Shown here: positions 53,001 to 64,000 of the stretch, in pieces
Numbering within the stretch: the stretch's first letter is position 1
How the letters are laid out: the number at the start of each line of letters is the position of its first letter
Origin: Phoronis australis
Taxonomy: Eukaryota; Animalia; Phoronida
Direction of reading: 5' to 3'
Assembly: GCA_002633005.1 (NCBI GenBank)
Contig: NMRA01000417.1
Span: forward strand, 343,183-407,182
Length of the DNA: 64,000 nucleotides
The notes under the pieces: model-generated
What the model was told of the DNA's origin: nothing
Databases searched by the model: none
The model's input: only the letters and a program-made list of their open reading frames with translations
Made by a program: the position numbers and the translations under genes

Positions 53001-53909
53001 CAACTCCTGGATCGTCAACATCAGTCGTGTCAGTTGGTGATCAGCCTGCCGACTCCTGGTGGTTCATGACGAGTTCTACTGCTGGAACTTTGCAGCTTAT
53101 GAAAAACCAATTGAGCGGGGTGGAGAAGGATCGTCGACTCGTCAGCTTTAAAACTAGAGACGCAGCACATTGGAAAATCTCCAATGCTTCTGTGCCAAAG
53201 ATATTTAGACAAGATGACTATCAGCCAAGACGACAAACAGACCAGCCAAAAACACCCATAAGCTATCACGGATCACAAGAGAGCACGGCGACCGTCTGCA
53301 AGTTGTCACCACCATATAAACTAGACAGCAGTGATGCTTCAAGGGTAGAGGCTATCGACGAATACAGGTGTAAGAAAAGGTCAAATGAGAATGCCTATGG
53401 GTTGTCGAGCATAAGCCGGATAATTGCATCATCTGCGAGTAGACGGAAACTGTCGGAACAGTTCAAACCAAAAGAGCAGAAGCTCAACGTTTCGACCGGT
53501 ACTGTGGAACCAGAGGCAGCGGCTTCACCCATGTGTGCAGTTCCGTTGCAGCACATCCCAGTTCAAGATGGCTCTGTGTTGGCTGACTCAGGTTCTTCCA
53601 CACTTGTCTCGAGTTCTTCAACATCGTTCTACGCCACCACTGATCTTGATGAAGACACATCACGGACATCTTTAGTACAAATCGCTCTGTCTAAAGAGTC
53701 GGCAGGTACAACGGAGAAAGCCCAGAAACTCTTACCTGTAGATTGTGACGCCGTTGCTTCGGATCACGAGTCGTCCAATTCTCTTTTTCATGGAGCAAGT
53801 CCAGGTTCAAACACGTCTACTGTGTCGTCAGGGGCAACCACGCTTATCGATGGTTATCAGGCTATTTCTGCGTCTGCTGGAGCTACTCATCGGGAAGGAG
53901 ATTTGCAAG
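38056..53909 (+). CDS. PKD1-family gene, giant 15,854-nt exon (TM2, TM3 and most of the TM3-TM4 insertion)
   Basis: Lies in the 5373-codon ORF 37844-53965. Acceptor ttttatttcAG at 38055 is phase-compatible with the previous exon. YNIWYTALTGPAGSQSAMTWLMNVTLCWCVLCNILLVSIVPF aligns to polycystin-1 HIWxS..RP..S.FTRxQR..C..LL (TM2); LVLLGCIFNMSVFALNLIWEIIIRHTR fits TM3. Phase-1 donor CAAG|GTAAGT at 53909/10. Confidence 0.88.
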
Positions 53910-53994
53910 GTAAGTCGGTCTGCTCAGGTAGTCAGCTGAGCATCGTGTGGCTTCAACACTTATAATCTTTGCGATTAAAAAGGGTCCCTGTTGC

Positions 53995-54070
53995 ATTCTC
54001 TCTATCTCTCTCTCCCTATCCCTTCCAACGTCCCACTCCCTCCCCCTCTCCCCCCCTCTCTCTCCTTCTG
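53995..54070. repeat. CT/C-rich microsatellite inside intron 53910-54410
   Basis: Directly visible; supports this interval being intronic. Confidence 0.85.
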
Positions 54071-54410
54071 CTGTTGGAAACAGAAAAGAGTAGAGCATGA
54101 GCAGAATTATGATCAGCTTAACACACGAGGGGATCGTTATTTCACTTGTGGGGTCGTGTTTAAGACATCGCTATCAAATACCACTCTGTGTCGTTTTTCA
54201 AAGACAAGGAACGATTTGGGATCATTTTACCGGGTCCAGGCTTTGTGCTCAGGCGCACTCGATACGACATCTTTTGACTAGACATCTTGAATATTCACCA
54301 ACATTGCGATTATGTCATTTTGTTGTCGTGAACCAACGCACACAAAACGTTTTTCATGAGATATCATATTAAGTGCAATGACCTTAATATGTTCATTTTA
54401 AATGCTGTAG

Positions 54411-56119
54411 ATGGGCTGGGTACTTTTGCACCGCGATCCGGAAGCCTTGATGCCGCGTTGACGCAGTCATCCCCGAGTACAATGCTAATGGAGCTGGCGG
54501 TCAGAAACCCCACTTTACAGAGTAAACTGGAACAGTTCCTCAACAGATACGACCAAAATCTGCCCGATCCTTTTTTCGAATGCCTCACGGAATACATCAA
54601 AGAGCTGTTGTCCGAGGCACGTACAGAACGCCTTCAAAGTATGGAGAAAAGTCTTCTTAGTCAAGCCTTATCCAGCCCTTTCATACAATCGGTAATAACA
54701 AACAATGTTATTGCCGAGCAATGGAATGTTGTAATAGAAGAACGAATACAAAGCGAGGGCCCATCAGAGGTGGTTGTTGACCACGCGCCAACATCCAAGC
54801 CTTCGTCGCCACCGCCGATTTATGACAGAAACAACAACGCTCGAGTATCGGACTATCAAAAAAATAACTCGGCCAATACCATGGTGTCGGACAGTCTTGA
54901 AAGTCAAGAGTTGATTTCAAATTCCATCCGCTACTGGCAGCACAAGATTCAGCGTGGAGCACGCAGCGCTATGGATGCAACAGTACGGGCCATACGCTTT
55001 ATGTCAGGAGATGCTGTCGCTGACGATCGCAGCACATCCACGCCGAAAGCCAATGAGACTTTCCCTTCTAATATGAGAATAGTCCGTGGCCAGATGTCTT
55101 ATCCTGGTAACGTAACTACTGGACGCATGACTCATGACACAGCTAGCTGTAAATCATCTTCCTCTGAGATACTGACAATGCCTCGCCACTGTGAGCCCCA
55201 TAACAAACCTTCGCACTCAACCCAACCAAAACTGTCAACCTTGTTTTACCCGGACGCAACACGAGCCATTCAGCTGTCAAGCAAGCAACCCACAGATGAA
55301 AATCAAAATGCTAGTCCCAGTCTCATCCCAAAATGCGTGAGTCCAGGCCTGTTTACCATTCCTAATCAAACTCCGTATGTCAACGAAAACGCGGTTTATC
55401 GTGATTACGACGGAACCTACTCAGTTATCCCAAGAGCCAATGACCAATTTCTGGAGGAGTGTGCCGAGATAACGTTCGCCCGTATACTCGATCACTATGG
55501 TTTTTTCGCCACCAAGGAGCAGTGCGATCGTTGCATGGGAGATATTTATATCTTTCTAAAGCGTGCCCAAGATGAGATTTCGAAGTATTCGGAGCAGTAC
55601 GAGAAACTGCAGAAAAAAGCTCAGGAATGCATCAGATACAAACTCAGTGACATCGACGTCGATGTCAAAACCGTGGAAGATACTATCCGCGTGCTCGCGT
55701 GTGTCCAAACTGACCTCGACGACATCAAGGACATGCTGCTAGATTGGAACAGCGCCACACACTTACCCTCGCATCTCACAATCATAAACGATCAGCACAC
55801 GTGGTTTCCCAAGTTTCCGGATGCCGATAAAGCTGAGCAAGAAGAATATCTGACATATATCGAGAACCTTTACTACGAAACCAGGCAAAAGACATGGCTA
55901 CCTGCGTGGGTGTCCTACTTCATGTTTCTAATCCTATTCTCATCCGGATCAGTCTCCCTTATTCTTTTGGCTCTATTCGGCATGGGCATGGCGCCTTCTA
56001 TGTCCTATCAGTGGGTAGTGTCTGCTACAGTCTGCCTGACTGAACACGTACTTTACTTTGAACTTTCTAAAGTGTTTATGATAGCAATATATGCTGGCTT
56101 TAAGAGGACGTATTTGTAG
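54411..56119 (+). CDS. PKD1-family gene, terminal exon (end of insertion, TM4-TM5, stop)
   Basis: Acceptor gctgtAG at 54410 gives G+AT=Asp in frame with ORF 54356-56119. Ends WLPAWVSYFMFLILFSSGSVSLILLALFGMGMAPSMSYQWVVSATVCLTEHVLYFELSKVFMIAIYAGFKRTYL*, matching polycystin-1 LPxW...TM4...G....xWxxS...S....EPxKV...A. AATAAA at 56476. Confidence 0.85.
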
Positions 56120-56624
56120 CTAGATTTGTTTTGATACTATTTACATCAGTGCAATGTGCAAAAACAGGAAACTAAAGGATACTAAAACTTTATCTATTTA
56201 TTTATTTAATTTTGTAGAAAAGAACTTTGTTTCCAAGTAAAATTTTATCATTTCCAACTTGCAGTTTTATTATGACAAGAAAATAACGTCCATATAGTGT
56301 GGTTGGTAGTAAAGAAAAGTGAAGTTGGGTGGAACAGGTTGGGCAAAGACGACAGTCAGGTTAAAACTCCACGTCTGTTGACTTGCACGTGCGCTACACA
56401 CGCTTCACTCAGCACACGTTCTTGTTCTTGTTGATTAAAGATTTCGATGCCATTTTAATAAGATAATTAGTTACTAATAAACTTGCCATTGTTACTGTAG
56501 TCACCACGAAGATTTGATCTCTGTGGGCGACCGTCGTTCGTAGGTAGAAAATGCTTATCCATATTCAAAATTAAAATTACGTTGTTGTTTGTATGACATA
56601 TTCTGAGCATGGAGCTAAGAGCTT

Positions 56625-56990
56625 CTGGTGGCGGTTAGCCATTAGTGATAGCAAGAAGGCTAGGGTCCAAGGCACACTATCGCCGATACAGTATATCTGA
56701 TAGTTTTGATGGTATACGCCAGTGCTCCAGGTGACGAATAATCATTGGTGAGAGAAAGAGACCCAGGATACGAAGCAAACTATCGCCGATATATCTGGTA
56801 GTCAGCGCTCCTGGTGACGGTTAGCCATTGGTGAGAGTGGGAGGCCAAGTGTCCAAGTCAAAGCCAATATATCTGATACGTAGTTTTGATAGTATAGTCT
56901 GTGGCGGTTGGACTGTTGGGGATATTGGGAGGGCTAAGGTCCAAGGCAAACTATCGTCAATATATCTGATATTTTTCAATTTTTACGCCA
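56625..56990. repeat. Degenerate tandem repeat, about 4 units of ~90-100 bp
   Basis: Recurring ggttagccatt / gtccaaggca..ctatcg / tatatctgata blocks. Confidence 0.65.
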
Positions 56991-58187
56991 ATACTAGCAC
57001 AGATGATAGATAACAAATTGTGCGTAAAATAGGAGGATAGTAAATTAGATAACTATGAAATATTGTCTTCTGACTGTATTCGTTTGATGTAACTTTCTTC
57101 CATATTTTTTGTTTAAATTATGAATCATTTCGTATAAATATAGAATGCGTGTATTTAATACGGTGTATTAATGTATCTGAGCAATAATTAAAGCAACATG
57201 TTTAGTCAGTGATCCCGCTTGAACGTGCAACTCTTCTCACCTACACAATTTTCTGCTAGATATTGATTTGTAGTGTTATGGAATTCTTCGTATTTTCGTT
57301 CCTCCATTACGCCCCTACATAATCACGAAGAGACATTTTTTAGCTGAACCCGTTAACCCAAGTCATATCTGTTGAAGTTTATTTTTTTAAAGCGGAGGCT
57401 TAGTGTCAAAAGATGTATGAGTGATATTATTAATAGCGGATTTGCAGCGCAAACGAACTACGCATTGCGCATGTGCGAGTTACTTACTGCGCGAATGCTC
57501 ATGGGATAGCTTGTGGTCAGACATGTCTTGAGCAGGCTGGATAGTGTGTGCATTTGGAGTGATTTGCAAACTAAAAACCATGTTTCATTTTTTTGCTTTA
57601 TAATACCAAGCAAGTCCTCTCTCTCGTTAGTAAACACAGCGTAGCTATGATCAGTGACCGTGTGACCGAGGGCACAACTGTCGTCATGATGTTCAGCATT
57701 GGGGCTATCGGCGTTGATTTCGAAATCTCCTCCGGTTTCAGACAAGTTGAGAGTTCTTGGGTTGCTTAACTTTTGTTAATTTTAAGAGGAAACTCCGTCG
57801 GAATGTTGTTCTCATACGTCTTTTTTGCACCAGGAAAATGTTCGCTGCACACACGATGGCCCCTAGGCAAATGCCGCAGGCATTCAGGGGCGATAGTACA
57901 TCCTCACAAAAAGTTACTCATTTCAAAATACAGCAAATAAAACCAAATAAACCATACATGTAGGAACACGGAGTAATTAACACATACCACGACTCTGGAT
58001 ACAATTTAGTCAGCAAAACTTGAACAAATCGATGAAAATCTGTCGCGGTTTGCTCGAGCTTTTCTCAGTTACCGGGTGCCATTTTGAGGAAGTTAGTGAA
58101 ATTACGCATGTTGACGAATAAAAAGTCTAAGGGACACACATCTTACAAGTTTCACCCGATACCCTCTCATGCTATTTTACAAGTGTC

Positions 58188-58350
58188 GCGCGCTAGCGTC
58201 ACGCGCTAGCGTCACGCGCTAGCGTCACGCGCTAGCGTCACGCGCTAGCGTCACGCGCTAGCGTCACGCGCTAGCGTCACGCGCTAGCGTCACGCGCTAG
58301 CGTCACGCGCTAGCGTCACGCGCTAGCGTCACGCGCTAGCGTCACGCGCT
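58188..58350. repeat. Perfect 13-bp tandem array (CGCGCTAGCGTCA)n, ~12 units
   Basis: Directly visible; the units are identical and have no spacers. Confidence 0.95.
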
Positions 58351-59459
58351 TCGCTCAGTCTCGCGCTAACCTTTGCTTAACTCACCCGATTCAGTTGACA
58401 TGCTTTGTGGTTATCGCGGCTCACGCGGTGATAAAATTAACGGCAACCAAAAAAGTGGAGTTGTAATTCTTCGCCAAAGTCAACTTAATTCTCACAACTA
58501 AGCTTCATCAAAGATATGTATAGAAGTAGAAAGGACCGATGATGAAAGTAAGCGTTTTTTAATTGATAGTTTTAAGTGTAGAATGTATTTTTGACGAGGT
58601 GAAAACTCGAAATCGGTAACCCAAATCCGGTCACGGCCCGTTTAAAATACACTGAAGTAACGAAATGAGTACAGAAAGCGAATGGGAGTACTGTAGCCCC
58701 TATATCGCCAACCGAGGGGCTACGTGTTGCCTACTAGATAGCCCTGCGTTGGTTTGAATGCGCTAAATCTCCCCTTACTCCCAGCTCTCTTAATGTTGTT
58801 TATCCATTTTTCACGAAATTCTTGGTTTGCAGGGAACACATAAAAACTCAGATTTTTATCTGTCTTGTTGTTTTTGAAGCAGCCAGGAACACAAGTGTAT
58901 CCACCGTAAGTAAGGAAAATTAATATGAAATGCTATTAAGGTTATGTAAAAACCACATTCAGAAATGTGTACACTTAACCAAACATCTGCAAAACTGCAA
59001 AATTTAATTCAGCAAAATTACATATTTTTGAAACCAGAAATTCCGTACAATATAATTTTTGTCCTTTTCCATTGTTCCTTTAATTAGGTCACATAATTTT
59101 GTTTTTTTAGTGACATTTAGCAAGAAAATAGGCACGCTATATCATAACAAGGGGATCGGTGATATAAATGCTCAGAAACGGTGCTACAGCTCAGTAAGCA
59201 TCAGTCCACGTAAACACCGACCACAGTACAGCCAACAAGCGGCAAGGTTGGGGGTCAGCCATTCAGAACCATGTTCAGTCTACTAAATCACATTAGGGAT
59301 GAGAGAAATTGGGTGAAGTATGACACCACAGAGTTTGGTGGTTTAGGAGATAATTGGGGGGGGGGGGGGGNATTTTGTGATGCGGAATGAGTCATTTTTA
59401 CTACATTTTCTACTGCAGTTTTTGCTTCAAACAAAAATCTCTTCTGAATAAATTTGATA

Positions 59460-60445
59460 TCACATGATATGTTCATGACCAATGAAATTAAAAACGGTAT
59501 CCACACTAAAACATCGGTTACTATGGTAACACTGGAATTGTTTCCGTGGAGGTACTTTTCATGCTTGTTAAAAATCAGCAGTAAGTTATACCGTTACAGC
59601 GAAGCTGCCCCCACGAGAAAACTGAAAATAATAACACGGGCATATAAAAGACTCCATGCCCTTGAACTTGAAATTAATACAAAAAACTCTGCCAGCTCTT
59701 CAGACATGCTTGGTAATAGGTATCTGAATTTCACTATTTTCAGACCGCACAAATGTGTATTTGTCGTGTTGAACCAGTCACAATTCTGCGCCGTTTCTAC
59801 GCATTAAAATGCCGTTGTATAATACAACAATTAAAAGAATTGGTTTGCTTAAATGTTTTTAATTAATTATAAGGGTACAAACAGTTCCCATTACAATATG
59901 AAATTATACTAAATTTGTTCATCCAACTCATCGAATACCAAATTAAAGCATACGATATGCGTTAGTTGAATAGTTGAATAATGGCTGATCTGAAGTGCAC
60001 GTTTGCGAATTTATTTATTTATGTGGCATTGTCAGTCGCATCAAGTGTGGTATTTTTACAATTTGCCGAGAGAAACAACTCCGAAAACTCTTGGGAAATG
60101 CACAAGGAATATAGCGAGACATTTGAGAACCTTAAAAGTGAGGGGATGTGAAGGAGGTGGAACGTGTCCTGAGAAGTAATCTGTCTGCCTTGGAGGCAGG
60201 TGTGCAGCAGGAGCTAGATAATCTACCGTAGTATATTCACTTGTCCGAATCATCGTTACAACCCTCGACAAATATCGGCGTTGCTAAAGCACTGAGTACA
60301 TCCACTGCACACAAGAGGGAAATCCAACAGAAGTCTGAAAAATGACCAAAGACGCAAAGTCAAGGTTCAACGTCCTGCTTCGTGCGAGCCCATGGTCATA
60401 CCCTGGAGAATATTTTTAGGAGCACGTCATTCATGCAAAAATACT
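59460..60445. repeat. Interspersed repeat, copy B (homolog of 19251-20250, same orientation)
   Basis: Colinear similarity with copy A; ORFs 19304-19630 and 59454-59807 give similar translations. Confidence 0.8.
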
Positions 60446-60499
60446 TTTATTTATGCAACGTGATTGCTTATAACTTGGGCCTAATTGCTTAATCATATC

Positions 60500-63400
60500 T
60501 TTTTTCATATTTTTATTTTGCTCCAGCATGATAATTACATGTCACATAAAACAATACAGTATACATCGTTTACAAAGAATAACATTTAAAAATCGTTAGT
60601 CAACAAGTACCGTATTTCCTTCAGGATGTAATTTAATAAAGTTAACGAACAATTGGAAATTAAGGTTTTCTTTAACAGATTAATATTACAATTTTCCGAC
60701 TGAATGTTTCTCAAAAAAGCAAAAAGGTGGTATCTTGTCCACATGAAAATTTATATGATATGTTTGTTTTAACCACTCAGCAAACAGGAGTCAGAAACCG
60801 GAGACAAGATGACATTCCGAAAAGAGATGGAAAAAAGTTTCACTGTGTTCACCACAGAAAGAGCATAGATCACTTGTTTTTATTTTAATTTTATGTAAAT
60901 AATTATTAGTTGGTAATATTCTGTGAATTAAGCGGTATTGAAACCAAGAACGCAATTTTGTGTCTTTTGTACAATTGAAGGGGAGTTTATTTACTTTTCT
61001 CCACCATCTATCAGAGTCACTAAAATTAACATTATTTATAACACCGTTTATATCTATCTCATATGACCACTTGTTTTTATAATTACAAGCTGTCTGAAGT
61101 GACGGTACTAAGGTGTCATAAATATTTCGCCTTGTGATTTATCATGTAAAATTTTATCAATATAACTTGGAAAATTTGGTAAAGAGATATTGTCTTGTCT
61201 ATTCTTAAGACCCCTGTACGCTGCAACGGTTGCACTTCTTAATCCATAGAATTCTAGTATTAGAGGTTGAAAGCTATAACTATTACAGAGTTTTTCGTAT
61301 GACATAAAAACCTTCATCTTTGAATTATACCACAGGGGAGAGTAAATAATATTCTCATTTTTGTCACACATTTGAAACAGGAGCACAACATCGCTTAAAG
61401 CTTCCTTCCAGAACAGATTGTCGGTTCCTTCAGCTGTTTTTTTAAGGAAAGCGTCTCCCATTTTAAAAAAGTTATCAACTTTACAACCCAAAACTGCCTC
61501 TGCAAGAACGCGTGTGGTATTTGAGGTAAATGGTTTACGAAGTCACGATATTTTCAAACACTTAATAAAAAAAACATGAACCATTTTTAAACCACCATGA
61601 TCCTGATTTTGTTCAATTTCATTTCGGCTAACTCTGTCACTATTCCCATTCTAAATGAAGCCAAAGAAAACTCGCTCTAATTCTTGAACAATGTCAATGA
61701 AGGGGCTAGGGAGAGATTGAAGCAAATGAACAATCTTGGGCAATAAATGTTTCTTAACCACGGTTATTTTACCTAAAACAGTAAAAATTCTTCTTGACCA
61801 AGAGCTCATCGTTTTCTTTATTTCCAAAAGCCTGCAACTATAGTTAATACCCGACATTGCATTATAATCAGTGGGGAAGTTGATTCCCAAAAACATGAAA
61901 GGTTTGTTGGTCCATATCAGGTTCTCATTGACACAAAGTTTGTCCTCAGAGTCTTTTTTGAACCTATCCGAACACATCTTGTTTTCTCGATGTTTGGCTT
62001 TAAACCAGAAATTTCGCAAATTGGTCAATTACATTCAAAGATGATCTAAGAGATAACTCAGAACCGTCCAAAATTAAACAAGTGTCGTCAGCGTACTGGA
62101 TCAATTTAAACTCAGAAACACCTATCCTGATCCCAGTGATGCCACCATCCCTACGAATTAAGTTACCCTATATTTCTACACATAATACAAAAGGTAAGTA
62201 GAAATAGGGTCTCCTTGACGACGGTCTCTCCCCATTTAAAAAAATTCAGAGAAAAATCCATGTTGGAGAACACAAAGACAAGATTTGTTGAAGAGTATTT
62301 TGACCGTGTCATTGAACCTTGGGCCAAAGTTAAAGTATGATAATGCCTTGAGGATGAAAGACCAGGAAACCGAGTCGAAAGCTTTGTCAAAATCGATCAT
62401 TAACAGGAGTCCGTGAAAGGGTTTACACTCTAAAAATTGAATTATATCATATAAAATTCTTATGTTTTCTCCAATATATCTGCCTTTCATGAAACCTTGT
62501 TGGTTCTCGTGAATAAGGGGTCCGAGAAAGCTTTTTAGGCGTCTTGCAATACAACCAGACAAAATTTTGTAAGCAATATTCTATAGTGAAATTGGACGCC
62601 AATTTTTGATGAATTTTCTTGGTTTATTTTCTTTTGGTATTATTGAAATAATACCCTGTTTTTGAGTTGTAGGTAATTCTCCTTTATTGGTACCTTCTTC
62701 AAAAGATCGGAACGAATAATATTTAAGGTCTGGCCAAAAAAAAAATTAAAATTCTATTGTGAAACCATCTGGGCCAGGACTTTTGTTGTTTTTTAAATTT
62801 TTCAGAGTTGCGTGAATTTCCTCCAAAGTAATAAATTTTTCAAGTTCGACTCGGTTAGACTGGTTCAATTTAGGCATTGGACATGATGCCAAAAGTTCAT
62901 TTAAACTAACATCAACAAGGTCGCCATCTTTACAGCAGTATAAATCTTTATAAAAAGAAGTGATCTCCGAGAGGATGGCAGATTGTTCCTTGATAACAGC
63001 GTTATTGGAGCTTAGTAGCTTAGTTACATTCTTATTCACAAAATTTCGTTTTTCCAATGCACAAAATACTTGGTTGGTTTTTCGCCATTTTTAACCCAGT
63101 TAGCTCTCGATCTGACTATTACTCCATGCATGTATTGTCTGCGATAATCCTGTCATATTCTGACTTCTTATTTTCCAATAGAACAGGAACTTCAGGATCG
63201 TCACTGTCATTGAACCTGTCTTGTAAGGACATTAACTGTATTCTTCCAAGTCTTTTCCTTTTCTATTTTTTCTTTTTTCTTAGAGATACAATATGNTCAG
63301 GCGCTAGCGTCAGGCGCTAGCGTCACGCGCTAGCGTCACGCGCTAGCGTCACGCGCTAGCGTCACGCGCTAGCGTCACGCGCTAGCGTCACGCGCTAGCG

Positions 63401-64000
63401 TCACGCGCTAGCGTCACGCGCTAGCGTCACGCGCTAGCGTCACGCGCTAGCGTCATTGGAGCTTAGTAGTTTAGTTACATTCTTATTCACAAAATTTCGT
63501 TTTTCTAATGCACAAAATACTTGGTTGGTTTTTCGCCATTTTTAACCCAGTTAGCTCTCGATCTGACTATTACTCCATGCATGTATTCTCTGCGATAATC
63601 CTGTCATATTCTGACTTCTTATTTTCCAATAGAACAGGAACTTCAGGATCGTCACTCTCATTGAACCTATCTTGTAAGGACATTAACTGTATTCTTCCAA
63701 GTCTTTTCCTTTTCTATTTTTTCTTTTTTCTTAGAGATACAATATGGAATAGTTACCGTTCGAATATTTAACAATAACTTCTCCAAAAACAATTGATAAG
63801 ATATATAAAACTGAAGATTATCAGAGTCAATTTCTTGTATTTTGTTCAAACCTTATACTGGAAGAGCATATTGTTTTTTGTACAAAACATTTCTTTCATG
63901 ACGAGATCAATATATTCTTTTTCTTTTAGCAGTGAGTTATTAAATTTCCAAAAGCCCGGTCCTTTTTGAACGTAGTTAATTGTATAGTTAAGACGACGTT
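60500..64000 (-). mobile_element. Decayed Tx1/L1-clade LINE ORF2 (reverse transcriptase and C-terminal zinc finger); continues past the window end
   Basis: Minus-strand motifs GPGFWKFNNSLL (~63930-63965), NNKSPGPDGFTIEF, WRPISL, QQGFMKGRYIGENIR, IDFDKAFDSVSW, QYADDT (62082-62099), LGKITVVK and HRILPTN...CSFCGEHSETFFHLFSEC (~60820-60950). Broken by frameshifts and stops. Confidence 0.92.
63296..63455. repeat. Second (CGCGCTAGCGTCA)n array, between two copies of a ~290-bp LINE segment
   Basis: Starts right after the n at 63296. Segment 63005-63295 is repeated at 63456-63746 with a few substitutions. Confidence 0.9.

Noticed and set aside
54356-56119. 587-aa ORF as an independent gene
   Set aside because: It has a phase-matched acceptor at 54410 and supplies the TM4-TM5 expected after TM2-TM3 of the upstream exon, so it is treated as the last exon of the same gene.
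58188-58350. 13-mer array as a CRISPR array
   Set aside because: The units are contiguous with no unique spacers, there are no cas genes, and the context is eukaryotic.

Overview
Eukaryotic (animal, probably marine invertebrate; inferred) genomic DNA with spliceosomal introns, assembly gaps and many decayed transposons. The main feature is a + strand PKD1/polycystin-1-family gene at 37405-56119, not recognisable from the ORF track alone. Four phase-compatible exons encode the end of a PLAT domain, TM2-TM3, a ~5,670-aa insertion between TM3 and TM4 carried mostly by one 15,854-nt exon, then TM4-TM5 and a stop codon. No TOP or channel module follows. The insertion has a Lys-rich block, many RRxS/KRxS sites and a series of amphipathic helices resembling AKAP PKA-anchoring helices. 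The window also holds a 3-exon Ly6/uPAR three-finger protein gene (7546-13479) and the probable 3' end of an unidentified gene (1-662). Mobile and repeated DNA includes a decayed ISL2EU-type transposon (THAP + YqaJ relics, TIRs, AT target duplication), a THAP-bearing Kolobok-like relic, a decayed Tx1/L1 LINE, MITEs and two arrays of a CpG-rich 13-mer. Family assignments come from motif recognition by eye; no database search was run.
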